Of a DNA stretch of 32,000 bases, positions 9,537 through 18,276 are shown in pieces. Origin of the DNA: Acaryochloris marina MBIC11017 (lineage in GTDB: Bacteria; Cyanobacteriota; Cyanobacteriia; Thermosynechococcales; Thermosynechococcaceae); the NCBI RefSeq assembly GCF_000018105.1, contig NC_009925.1, positions 2,070,001 through 2,102,000 on the forward strand. Reading direction: 5' to 3'. Both the position numbers and the translations under genes were made by a program. The notes beneath the pieces are model-generated. The model made no database searches. It had not been told where the DNA came from and saw nothing but the letters and a program-made list of their open reading frames with translations. The stretch's first letter is position 1. Every line of letters starts with the position of its first letter.

Positions 9537-9897
9537 TCAATATCGTCGTTCTTGAATCAGGGCATGTTCTTCGGGCAAGACCATTTTGGTATCGGACTCG
9601 ATGGGGGTATTTACCGTGGAAGCTTCGACGACCTTGGCTTGGCGCTGCCGTTGATCTAAGGTGCGGCTGCGGGCCTGCATAAACAGCCAAGAATCGGCTC
9701 GACTGTGACTGCAATTATATTTGGAGGCGGTGATCCAAGACCGCTTCTTCGGCTTCTTCGACGGACCCTAGCATTATTTATGCGATCGCATAAATAATGC
9801 CTGCATAACGGTCATACAAAGTCGACCGTGCGGCTTGATTCTGTTCAGCTACTTGGTGGATTAAAACCAAGTCCTCACTATTGTGTTGGACGGTCAT
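9537..9897 (-). pseudogene. ECF (sigma-70 family) sigma factor remnant: nonsense codon, frameshift and loss of region 4
   Basis: From ATG 9897 the frame reads MTVQHNSEDLVLIHQVAEQNQAARSTLYDRYAGIIYAIA-TAA(9780-9778)-IMLGSVEEAEEAVLDHRLQI. After a 1-nt frame change near 9713-9722 it continues YNCSHSRADSWLFMQARSRTLDQRQRQAKVV...EEHALIQERRY-stop. This is a region-2-like pattern (LYDRY..., EAEE.V, WL...AR.R.LD..R). No region-4 HTH follows. Confidence 0.6.
9771..9800. repeat. Perfect 30-bp palindrome centred on HIP1 (gcattatttatgcga|tcgcataaataatgc)
   Basis: Verified base by base: each 15-nt arm is the exact reverse complement of the other, and the centre is GCGATCGC. Confidence 0.95.
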
Positions 9898-10195
9898 TCC
9901 CGAGTTAAACTCACGTAATTCCAACAAATTTTTCGAGAAACAGATCCAATCATCAACTCCCAGCGTATACCCCTAAAGATTGGTGAATCAGAAGAAGTTA
10001 ACGGCGAAGTTTGTCCAACCTCGGACAAACTTCTGTTGCCCATTCTCAGTCCATTTTCAGCTTAATTTTTATGGAAATTGAGTGGCGTGGTTCATAGGAC
10101 TTGGCCTCTCGTTGGGCAGCATTGCCCCAGCCATGGACTCAGATCATGATGATGGTGCAACCCATACCAAGAGCCGCAATCTCAACCTGACGGAC

Positions 10196-10608
10196 TTATA
10201 TGTATTCCCCAAAGACAATCAAAATTCCCATGTTTACAGTGCTTTTGCTTTTTTTGACCAAGGACCATAATTCATCCGCATTCATGCCGTTGGTCGACAC
10301 AACCTGAACTTCTCCATTGTGAATCATTTGGGTTTTATGACTGGCTGAGCAAATCACCCTCACACAGGTGTTAGTAAGCCACACCTGTGATGCGAGATAG
10401 TCTGCGAGGTCCCTTCAGCATGGGATTGAAGGATGATCTGGATTATTTCAGAAGAGATTTGACGGCGATAATAGAGAGTATCAAAAGTGTCACTGAAGGT
10501 TTGTAGACAGTGCAAGCAGCGATTGGCTGCCTTTGCTGATCTTGCCATGTTTGTGGGTCTTAGAATGACCCCATAGGGGACATTGCATGAGGGAATAGGA
10601 TCACTCAA
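10196..10608 (-). pseudogene. IS1-like transposase remnant (two out-of-frame pieces, truncated)
   Basis: ORF 10360-10608 (...NRCLHCLQTFSD...YRRQISSEIIQIILQSHAEGTSQTISHHRCG...) resembles an InsA-like zinc-finger plus HTH. ORF 10196-10384 (...NADELWSLVKKSKS...) resembles the DE(M/L)WSFV(G/K)KK motif of IS1 InsB. No terminal inverted repeats were identified. Confidence 0.35.
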
Positions 10609-10962
10609 CTCCCTATTGGTTTAGCAAACCCACACTTTTTTAATGCACGACCCAAAGGCTTAATACTCTGATGGAATCGAGGTAATGGTGTCCCGTTACC
10701 ATACCTACATTGGCTGTATTGTCTTTATAAATAATCGACTTGGAATGTTCTCCAGAGCTTGCTTAAAAGCCTTGAGATGTTCTGATCGATCTTAAATATT
10801 TAGGTCTCTAAATTTTCCATTTGTAGGGTCATTATTTTCTACATTGAATATAAAATAGCCCTGGCTCTTGAGGTCAAAATGGTCGGCATCCAGCCATTTA
10901 GAGCGGCTTTAACCTAGCCAAATCCCACTCCAGCAAGTGTTTCCCTGTGTTTGTGTTCATCC

Positions 10963-12987
10963 ATGTATCTGAATCGACTTATTCACTTTAAGACCCTGTT
11001 GCTATTACGAGAAGCATTTACTTCGCTCTTACCCGTCGTCTTAGTGATGAATATTGTTGTCTTACTGTCAGGTTTATCTGACGTGCTGGCATCTCAGGGT
11101 GTCGTAGCAGAGGGTTTTATCAACGGAAATGAAGTTAGTCGACTCTACTTCTTTCTAGTCCCGTTTTTTCTCAACATTTCTCTGAGCACTTTGATGGCCA
11201 AGGAGAAAGAGCTTGATCAGGTCAGTACGATTCTGATTTCAGCCGTTTGCTTTTTGCGCGTATCGGGCTTCTTATTCATTAATTCAACCGGCCAAATCCT
11301 CTCTTTTCAGGGCTCCGTGATCACCAGTATCCCAGCCACACTGGTGGCGGTCACGCTGCTCCATTATTTCAGTCGATTCTCGTCTCTACAATTTTTTCGA
11401 GGTCGATCTGAGGTGAGCCCAGTCCTCCAAAGAACGCTAAACCTCCTGATTCCAGGGCTCTTGACAATGTTATGTTGTGAGTTGGTCGGTCATGGATTTC
11501 GGCTATTTTTTAAGGCCGGTGTTTTTAGCGTTTTATTCGCAGCCCTACCTAAGCTTCAGGACATTCAAGAAGTCATTCTCTTTAAACTGATTTCTCAACT
11601 CTCCTGGTTCTTCGGAATTCATGGCGAGTACAGTGCCGATGGTTTATTTCGAATTTTAAATGAGATTCCATCTTCCCAAGCGGGCAGTATTCACTTCAAA
11701 GTCTTACATGATGTATTTATGAATATTGGAGGCTCTGGCTCTACGTTTGTGGTGCCATTAGCAATTCTTTCCCTGCCTGGCTCTGCTCCATTTAAATCCA
11801 TCGCTCAGCTGAGTCTGCCGTTTGCCCTCTTCAATGTCAACGAAATTTTATTGTTCGGGCTGCCGATTATCCTCAATCCACTCTTTTTGGCACCGTTTTT
11901 ATTAGCCCCCCTCATTAATCTGGCCATTGCTCTGACTGCAATTCATCTAGGGGTATTCACTCTCAGTGCCCCTGCCATCAACTGGATGTCTCCTCCCTTA
12001 TATAGTGCCTATGCAGCCTCTGGAGGCTCGGGAGGGGCCGTACTGACCCAGTTACTTTGTATCGTGATCGATATGAGTATCTACTATCCATTTCTGATTC
12101 TGGCTCAGCAACAATCCAATACTCCGCTGAATCTAAGCAAACGCTTGCATAGTGATGCTTACCAATTTGTTAATACAGAACTCAATCGTCAGGAAGAGCG
12201 ACGCTTTATCACTCAGAAAATGGATCAAGTCAGAGGAATGGAAGAGGCCCAGCGCCTGCTACAGCAACTCAAAGGTGGGCAGTTTATTCTTTACTTTCAG
12301 CCTAAGGTAGATGCCAAATCGAAAGCACTCGTGGGCTTAGAAACATTGCTCCGTTTTCAAGATGCAGGGGGTAAAATTGTCCCTCCTACTTTTTTGCCTA
12401 TCCTCTACCAGCAAGGGCTATCTAAGGCCGTGGATCAAAAAGTGCTGTCGCTGGTTTTTGACCAGATCAAACAGTGGCGAGGGGATGGTCAACGATTCCC
12501 TCAGATTAGTATTAACCTAGATAAAAATTTTTTATTAGATCCACCCTCGGTACAGGCTCTTATCGCTCAAGCCAGACAAGAAGATATTTGCTTTGAACTA
12601 GAAATCACTGAGCATACCTACACTTCGGAAGTGCAATCTTTAGCATCAGTGGTGCGGGACCTTCGAGCGGCAGGACATCAAATTGCAATAGATGATTTTG
12701 GAGCAGGCTATTCTTCCCTCACCACTCTAGTGTCTCTGGAAGCAGATTCGGTCAAATTAGACCGAAACCTCGTCGCCGCGCCTGAGGGGGAAAGCCAGCG
12801 GGGACGTGTGTTACTGGAATCTAGTGTAAAGCTCTGTCATGACTTAGGATTTGCTGTGGTGGCAGAAGGGATTGAAAGCTCAGCCCAGTTAAAGTTAGTG
12901 CAGCACTGTGAGGTAGATTTTGTGCAAGGGTATTACACGGGCAAACCCATGCCCTCAAATCAGGTCAGTCGCTTATTTCATGCCTAA
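10963..12987 (+). CDS. PTS EIIC (Lac/Cel, type-3)-like membrane domain fused to an EAL c-di-GMP phosphodiesterase domain
   Basis: The N-terminal ~390 aa are multi-TM and carry EIIC hallmarks: LREAFTSLLPVVLV, SWFFGIHGE, NEILLFGLPIILNPLFLAPFLLAPLIN. The C-terminal ~250 aa form an EAL domain: YFQPKVD...GLETLLRF, ISINLD, ELEITEH, IAIDDFGAGYSSL, VKLDRNLV, VVAEGIES, VQGYYTGKPMP. The ORF track opens at TTG 10951. I prefer ATG 10963. Confidence 0.85.
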   Translation: MYLNRLIHFKTLLLLREAFTSLLPVVLVMNIVVLLSGLSDVLASQGVVAEGFINGNEVSRLYFFLVPFFLNISLSTLMAKEKELDQVSTILISAVCFLRVSGFLFINSTGQILSFQGSVITSIPATLVAVTLLHYFSRFSSLQFFRGRSEVSPVLQRTLNLLIPGLLTMLCCELVGHGFRLFFKAGVFSVLFAALPKLQDIQEVILFKLISQLSWFFGIHGEYSADGLFRILNEIPSSQAGSIHFKVLHDVFMNIGGSGSTFVVPLAILSLPGSAPFKSIAQLSLPFALFNVNEILLFGLPIILNPLFLAPFLLAPLINLAIALTAIHLGVFTLSAPAINWMSPPLYSAYAASGGSGGAVLTQLLCIVIDMSIYYPFLILAQQQSNTPLNLSKRLHSDAYQFVNTELNRQEERRFITQKMDQVRGMEEAQRLLQQLKGGQFILYFQPKVDAKSKALVGLETLLRFQDAGGKIVPPTFLPILYQQGLSKAVDQKVLSLVFDQIKQWRGDGQRFPQISINLDKNFLLDPPSVQALIAQARQEDICFELEITEHTYTSEVQSLASVVRDLRAAGHQIAIDDFGAGYSSLTTLVSLEADSVKLDRNLVAAPEGESQRGRVLLESSVKLCHDLGFAVVAEGIESSAQLKLVQHCEVDFVQGYYTGKPMPSNQVSRLFHA

Positions 12988-13130
12988 TCGAACGTATTAG
13001 CCTGCCCCCAAATCAGCTAGCCATTTCCATCAGATGAAACTGCGTTGGAATTCAGGTTGAAGTAACATCAACTTCAGATCCAGCTGTTTTACACAACAAC
13101 CGTTCAGGGGGCTGTGGACCAACGACTGAA

Positions 13131-13850
13131 CTAGGGAATTAACCCTTCGATATCAATAGGAATATCATCAATGGGCAGATCCTTGAGGGGGTTATCACCA
13201 TCAATGTTGATGGGCAAACCATCCTGAGGAATTTTTTCCAGTAAGGCAGTGGTAACGGCATTTGCGATCGCAACCGACAATTTACCCTCGGCATTCTTAG
13301 AGGTCACGTCCGTTAGCTCAATATCATCAATATCGAGATTTTCTTCTAAATCAACAATGGCATTAAGCTTAATCGAGGCTTTGATATTGCGGATACTCAA
13401 ACGGCCAATTTTAACCACCTTTTCATTGCCGCTGCTTTCGGGCTGTTCCTTTTCTTGCAGGGTATCCACCACTTTCACCAAATTATTGTCGGGAATCTGC
13501 TGCTCTACCTTCAGATCTAAGCCATTAACGGTCAGGGCCTCAAGTTCGACCTGATCTTGCCAAAGGTTAGAGAGCTGAAAATCTAAATCCAAATTCTGGA
13601 CTTTAACCAAATGAGGGGTGGAAAAGCCCTGGGGGTTTTTAAGGGTAATGGCCTTAATAGTTAAATCGCCCGCAAAGGGCTGAAAATTTAGACCTTCTAC
13701 ATCCGTGCTCACCCCCGTCGTATCTTGGATAGCCCCTTCTAAGGCCGACTCCAGAATGGCATTGCGACTAAACCAGCCAATTCCTAATGCGAGAACTGCG
13801 ATCGCAACCCCACCACCCAAAATCTTTAAAGCACGCTTTGCCATAGCCAC
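13131..13850 (-). CDS. Hypothetical single-pass membrane protein (AsmA/DUF748-like N-terminus, acidic C-terminus)
   Basis: 239-aa ORF with an N-terminal anchor (ILGGGVAIAVLALGIGWF), then LNFQPFAGDLTIKAITLKNPQGF... and D/I/E-rich repeats. The family call is tentative. Confidence 0.55.
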   Translation of the reverse strand: MAMAKRALKILGGGVAIAVLALGIGWFSRNAILESALEGAIQDTTGVSTDVEGLNFQPFAGDLTIKAITLKNPQGFSTPHLVKVQNLDLDFQLSNLWQDQVELEALTVNGLDLKVEQQIPDNNLVKVVDTLQEKEQPESSGNEKVVKIGRLSIRNIKASIKLNAIVDLEENLDIDDIELTDVTSKNAEGKLSVAIANAVTTALLEKIPQDGLPINIDGDNPLKDLPIDDIPIDIEGLIP

Positions 13851-13918
13851 CCTGCACCGAGAACTGCCGTGCTACCACGGCAGTTCCAGCTTATCCCACA
13901 AAAATCCAGCTTGGGAAA

Positions 13919-15349
13919 CTAGCTGTTGGATTCGTTGATGGCGGTCCATTCCGTATGGAACGTTCCTTCCTTATCAATCCGTTGATAGGTATGGGCACCA
14001 AAAAAATCGCGCTGGGCCTGAGTTAGGTTTTGGGGCAAGCGATCACGACGGTAGCTATCAAAGTAATCCAAAGAGGCACTAAAGGCCGGGACCGGAATCC
14101 CCAATTGAGCTGCCGTAGCCATCACTTCTCGCCAGGCGTCCTGCCGGTCCAAAATAGTCTGCCGAAACTCAGGAGCAAGCAGCAAATTTGCCAAGGCCGG
14201 ATCATCAGCAAAAGCCGATTTAATTTTGTCCAAGAAGCCCGCCCGGATAATGCAGCCGCCTTTCCAAATCCGGGAGATTTCACTTAAATTCAAGTTGAAC
14301 TTGAACTCCTGTGACGCCGCACTCATCAAGGCCATGCCCTGGGCATAGGAACAAATCTTAGAGCAGTAGAGGGCATCCCGAACTTTGCCGATAAAGGCTT
14401 GCTTATCGCCGCTAAAAGTCGCCGTGGGACCCGTCAGGATTTGAGACGCTTTAACCCGCTCATCTTTGAAAGATGAGGTAATACGGGCATTCACAGCGGC
14501 TGTAATCGTGGGGATGGGCACACCCAATTCCAAGGCACTCATCACAGTCCAGCGACCTGTCCCTTTCTGGCCTGCCTTATCCAAAATCAGCTCCACTAAA
14601 GGCTGCTGAGTATCTGGATCAACATAGGTGAAAATTTCAGCCGTAATTTCAATCAAAAAGGAATTTAGCTCATCCGTGGTGTTCCACTCACTAAAGACCT
14701 GATGCAGTTCTGTATGACTCAGTCCTAGAACATTTTTGAGCAGGTCATAGGCTTCAGCAATCAGCTGCATATCGCCATACTCAATGCCGTTATGGACCAT
14801 TTTGACGTAGTGACCAGCACCCCCTGGGCCAATATAGGTGACACAAGGCCCGTCATCCACTTGAGCTGCAATCTTGGTCAGAATCGGAGACAGGTCTTTA
14901 TAGGCAGCTTCCGTACCACCAGGCATTAGGCTGGGACCGTTGAGGGCACCTTCTTCACCGCCACTGACGCCCATACCAATAAATCGGAGGCCGACGGCTT
15001 CTAATTCTTCTGTGCGTCGCACGGTGTCCCCATACAGGGAGTTGCCGCCGTCAATCAACACATCGCCGGGTTCCAGCATTGGCTTGAGCTGCTGAATCAC
15101 AGCATCCACTGGAGCACCAGCTTTGACCATGATCAAGATTCGCCGAGGACGTTCGAGGGATGCGACCAGTTCTTCCGGTGTAAACGCGGCGACTACTTGT
15201 CGTCCCTGGGCCCGCTCTGCCATAAAGGCATCTGTTTTTGCTCGTGTGCGATTGTAGACAGCAATGGGAAAGCCATTTCGCTCAACGTTGAGGGCTAAAT
15301 TTTCCCCCATAACGGCGAGGCCAATTAGTCCAAATTGTTGCTGGGGCAT
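13919..15349 (-). CDS. gnd: 6-phosphogluconate dehydrogenase (decarboxylating)
   Basis: 476-aa ORF: GLIGLAVMGENLALN Rossmann motif, GMGVSGGEEGA, HNGIEYGDMQLI, GTGRWT, AQRDFFGAHTY. It looks like full-length canonical Gnd. Confidence 0.97.
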   Translation of the reverse strand: MPQQQFGLIGLAVMGENLALNVERNGFPIAVYNRTRAKTDAFMAERAQGRQVVAAFTPEELVASLERPRRILIMVKAGAPVDAVIQQLKPMLEPGDVLIDGGNSLYGDTVRRTEELEAVGLRFIGMGVSGGEEGALNGPSLMPGGTEAAYKDLSPILTKIAAQVDDGPCVTYIGPGGAGHYVKMVHNGIEYGDMQLIAEAYDLLKNVLGLSHTELHQVFSEWNTTDELNSFLIEITAEIFTYVDPDTQQPLVELILDKAGQKGTGRWTVMSALELGVPIPTITAAVNARITSSFKDERVKASQILTGPTATFSGDKQAFIGKVRDALYCSKICSYAQGMALMSAASQEFKFNLNLSEISRIWKGGCIIRAGFLDKIKSAFADDPALANLLLAPEFRQTILDRQDAWREVMATAAQLGIPVPAFSASLDYFDSYRRDRLPQNLTQAQRDFFGAHTYQRIDKEGTFHTEWTAINESNS

Positions 15350-15678
15350 AAGGAATTTGCTCTAAATAGTGAGAGTCACAATGCGTTGACTACAGGGTAG
15401 CTCGATCCCCATGGGAACTACTGGAAGAAGAGATTAAAAGACGCCGAGAATCATTTGAGAATGGGTCAGGCATTGCCCAAATCAATGGCTCTAGGTCCTA
15501 CTCAAACCCTCAAGTGGCATAACAGAATCGCACGGCTTGGAGTCGGTCACTTGCAAAAAGTGCGAGGCGTTATGGGTTAGCGAAGGAGGCTCTTTCCACT
15601 CATCAGAAATGGCCTAACATTCCAATGCTTCTCCCATTGAAAGACGAGCTAGTTCTTGAAGTTAAGCAAGCTCTGTTA

Positions 15679-16625
15679 TATAGCCCTACGAAACTATGTT
15701 AGTACTATTGATATAGAAGATATCCCTACATTAGTATGCCAGCACCCTATAGTTATGACCTTCGTCGTAAAGCCGTTGATGCCTTCAAGAATGGTGAACG
15801 GAAAGTCGATATCTGTCGAATGTTGAACATCAGCCGTAATACCTTGCATCTATGGATAGTCCGCGAAGAAGCTACAGGTGACTGTCAGGCGATTACCAAC
15901 TACCAACAAGGGGCTCGCCACAAGATCACAGATTGGGAGCGCTTTCGTGAATTTGCTCAAGAGCATGGGGGTAAAACCCAGGCCCAAATGGCTAAGCTAT
16001 GGGGGGATAATGTCACCCAGCAAAATATCAGTGATGCCTTGAGAAAACTGGGATTGAGTCGAAAAAAAGACCTATGGCTATCGAGAACGAGATGAAACAC
16101 AACGTCAAGCATTTATAGAACGATTACAGACCAAACACCCTCATCAGATCGTCTATGTAGACGAAGCGGGTATCGATAATCGAGCGGACTATCCTTATGG
16201 ATACTGCCCTGTGGGTCAACGATTTTATGACCTCAAATCAGGCAAGCGGACAGAGCGAGTCAGTTTTATTGCTGCGCTCAAAGAAGGCCAGTTATTTTCT
16301 CCCATGACCTTTGAAGGGTCTTGCAATCGGTTGTTATTCGAAGCGTGGTTACAGCAGAGTCTTATATCCCAGTTACAACTTGGCGATGTGATTGTGATTG
16401 ATAATGCCAGTTTTCATCATGGCCAGAGGATCGAAGAAATCGTAGCTGAAGCAGGCTGTGAGATTTGGTATCTACCGAGCTATTCTCCAGATCTCAATAA
16501 AATCGAGCGATGGTGGTTTGTGCTCAAAAACTGGATGAAGCAGCGGTGGGATGAATTTGATACCTTTCGTGATTGTGTGGATGCTGCTTTCAAAGAGCGT
16601 ACTAACATATATCCGTAGTGCTATA
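15679..16625 (+). mobile_element. IS630-family insertion sequence (~947 bp)
   Basis: 27-bp terminal inverted repeats with 23/27 matches: tatagccctacgaaactatgttagtac (15679-15705) versus the reverse complement of 16599-16625. The ends begin and finish with TA dinucleotides, and the element encloses a two-frame DDE transposase. Confidence 0.8.
15736..16618 (+). CDS. IS630-family transposase, two frames (HTH orfA 15736-16095; DDE orfB frame open from 16058 to 16618)
   Basis: The N-terminus MPAPYSYDLRRKAVDAF... is an HTH. The +1 frame reads KKTYGYRERDETQRQAFIERL...VYVDEAG...VIVIDNASFH...YSPDLNKIERWW (DDE triad). The overlap window contains an A7 run at 16062-16068. Confidence 0.8.
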
Positions 16626-17142
16626 CCTAACAATTACGCCTTTCTCGTGTTGTATTGATCTCAGATCTTAGAGGCTGTTTGAGAAGTTTTAGTACTCCTG
16701 CGCCAGCCTTCGAACCATGAGTCGAATCATCGCCACATATGCGAGCGCTTCAGTTGTTCTGGTCAAAACCTCATAATCTTTATTAAGACGTCGAGACCAC
16801 AACAACCATCCAAACGTCCGTTCTACAATCCATCGTTTGGGAACAACCTGAAACCCCGCTAGATTATCTGAGCGTTTGATCACTTCCAAGACATATTGAA
16901 AACGGTCCATTACCCACTTCATAAAAGCTTGTCCTTGATAGCCAGCATCGGCCCATATCCGAACTAGACGGGACAAACTCGCACCTTGGCGTCGAGCTTT
17001 CCAAAACAGCATTTTGGCCCCTCGTTGGTCAGAGATATTGGCAGCAGTGACCATCACCATCAAAACCAGCCCTAAAGTATCAACGAGCACATGACGTTTA
17101 CGACCTTTGACCATTTTCCCACCATCAAACCCAATCGAGTGA

Positions 17143-18276
17143 TACCAATTCCATATATGTGTGACTTGTATTATGGGAGTAGCGCGTTGCTGATACTTAT
17201 CCCTCATGCCCAGACCCTTACGAATTGATATCTGTGAAAGTGAAGACACACTCAAACGTTTATTACGTCAACAATCCTCCGGTCGTCGCAAAGAACGCTT
17301 GCAAGCCCTCTACTGGCTCAAAAGTGGTCAAGTCACCACTCGCATGGAGTTGGCAACCCTGACCGGACGAGGGGAATCCACGGTGTATCGCTGGATCAAA
17401 CTCTATAAATCAGGGGGATTACAGGCAATGCTGGAGATTCCTACCTCTCCTGGGAAGCCCCCCATGATTGGTGGAGAGGTCCTCGAAAAGCTGAAAGCTC
17501 GTCTAGCTGACCCCAGGGGCTTTGAGAGCTACGGGGCGATTCAACAATGGCTTTTAGATGAGTGTGGATTAGACGTACCCTACAAAACGGTTCATCAAAC
17601 CGTGCATTATCGGCTCAAAGCCAAGCTCAAAGTTCCTCGACCTCGCTCACGCAAGACAGAGGAAGCTCAACAACAAGCCTATTAAAAAACTTCCTCGTGT
17701 GATTGAGGTAATGACCCGCTATTTTGCCCAAGGACACCCAGTGCGCTACTGGTGCATGGATGAAAGCCGCTGGGGACTCAAGACACTCACGGGTCGGGTT
17801 CTAACGTTGCGGGGTGTCAAACCTGTGGTGACGGTACAGTGGCCCCGAGAGGCTTTCTGGCTCTATGGCGCTGTCGAACCTCTCACAGGAGACAGTTTCT
17901 TCTATCGGTTTTCTCATCTCGATAGTGTTTGTTTTGAGCGCTTCCTGGAGCAATTCAGCTTGGCGTTTCCCCAGAGTCTCAATCTGATGCAAATAGATCA
18001 AGCCGCAGCCCATATGGCGACTTGGGTTCGATGGCCTGAGAATGTGTTGCCGATTGTACAGCCGTCTCATAGTCCAGAACTCAATCCGGCAGAGCGATTA
18101 TGGCAGGACCTAAGAAAGCCTTTCAAAGGCAAAAACTTTGATTCTATTGGGGCACTGGAGACCGCTTTATTTGAGCATATCAATACCCTCTCCCAGAAGG
18201 TGGTGGCTTCTCTAACGGGATATTCTTATATCTTGGATGCTTTGACTATAAAGGTCACTCAATAAGTGAATTGGTA
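17143..18276 (+). mobile_element. Nested IS630-family insertion sequence (~1.13 kb) inside the IS5 transposase gene
   Basis: Imperfect terminal inverted repeats taccaattcc... (17143-) and ...gaattggta (-18276), with TA at both extremities. It sits exactly between the two halves of the IS5 transposase. Confidence 0.75.
17206..18265 (+). CDS. IS630-family transposase, orfA (17206-17685, HTH) and orfB (+1 frame, to 18265, DDE)
   Basis: orfA: ...STVYRWIKLYKSGGLQAM... orfB: ...YWCMDESRWG...MQIDQAAAH...HSPELNPAERLW (DDE). The orfB frame is open upstream across the orfA TAA stop (17683-17685). Confidence 0.8.

Noticed and set aside
9529-9714. 61-aa ORF in the track (MQSQSSRFLAVYAGPQPHLRS...).
   Set aside because: It is the wrong-frame reading of the ECF sigma remnant. 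The adjacent frame gives the sigma-like sequence ADSWLFMQARSRTLDQRQRQ.
15350-15678. Intergenic region between gnd and the IS630, with short ORF fragments (e.g. ...WELLEEEIKRRRESFENGSG...) examined as a possible antitoxin remnant.
   Set aside because: The fragments are too short and non-specific. No ORF exceeds 60 aa and no partner gene is present.
16689-17255. The track ORF suggests an intact 188-aa protein starting at 17255, and ORF 18255-18626 suggests a 123-aa protein.
   Set aside because: The first ~38 residues of the former and the last ~6 of the latter are read-through into the nested IS630 ends. These are two halves of one disrupted IS5 transposase.
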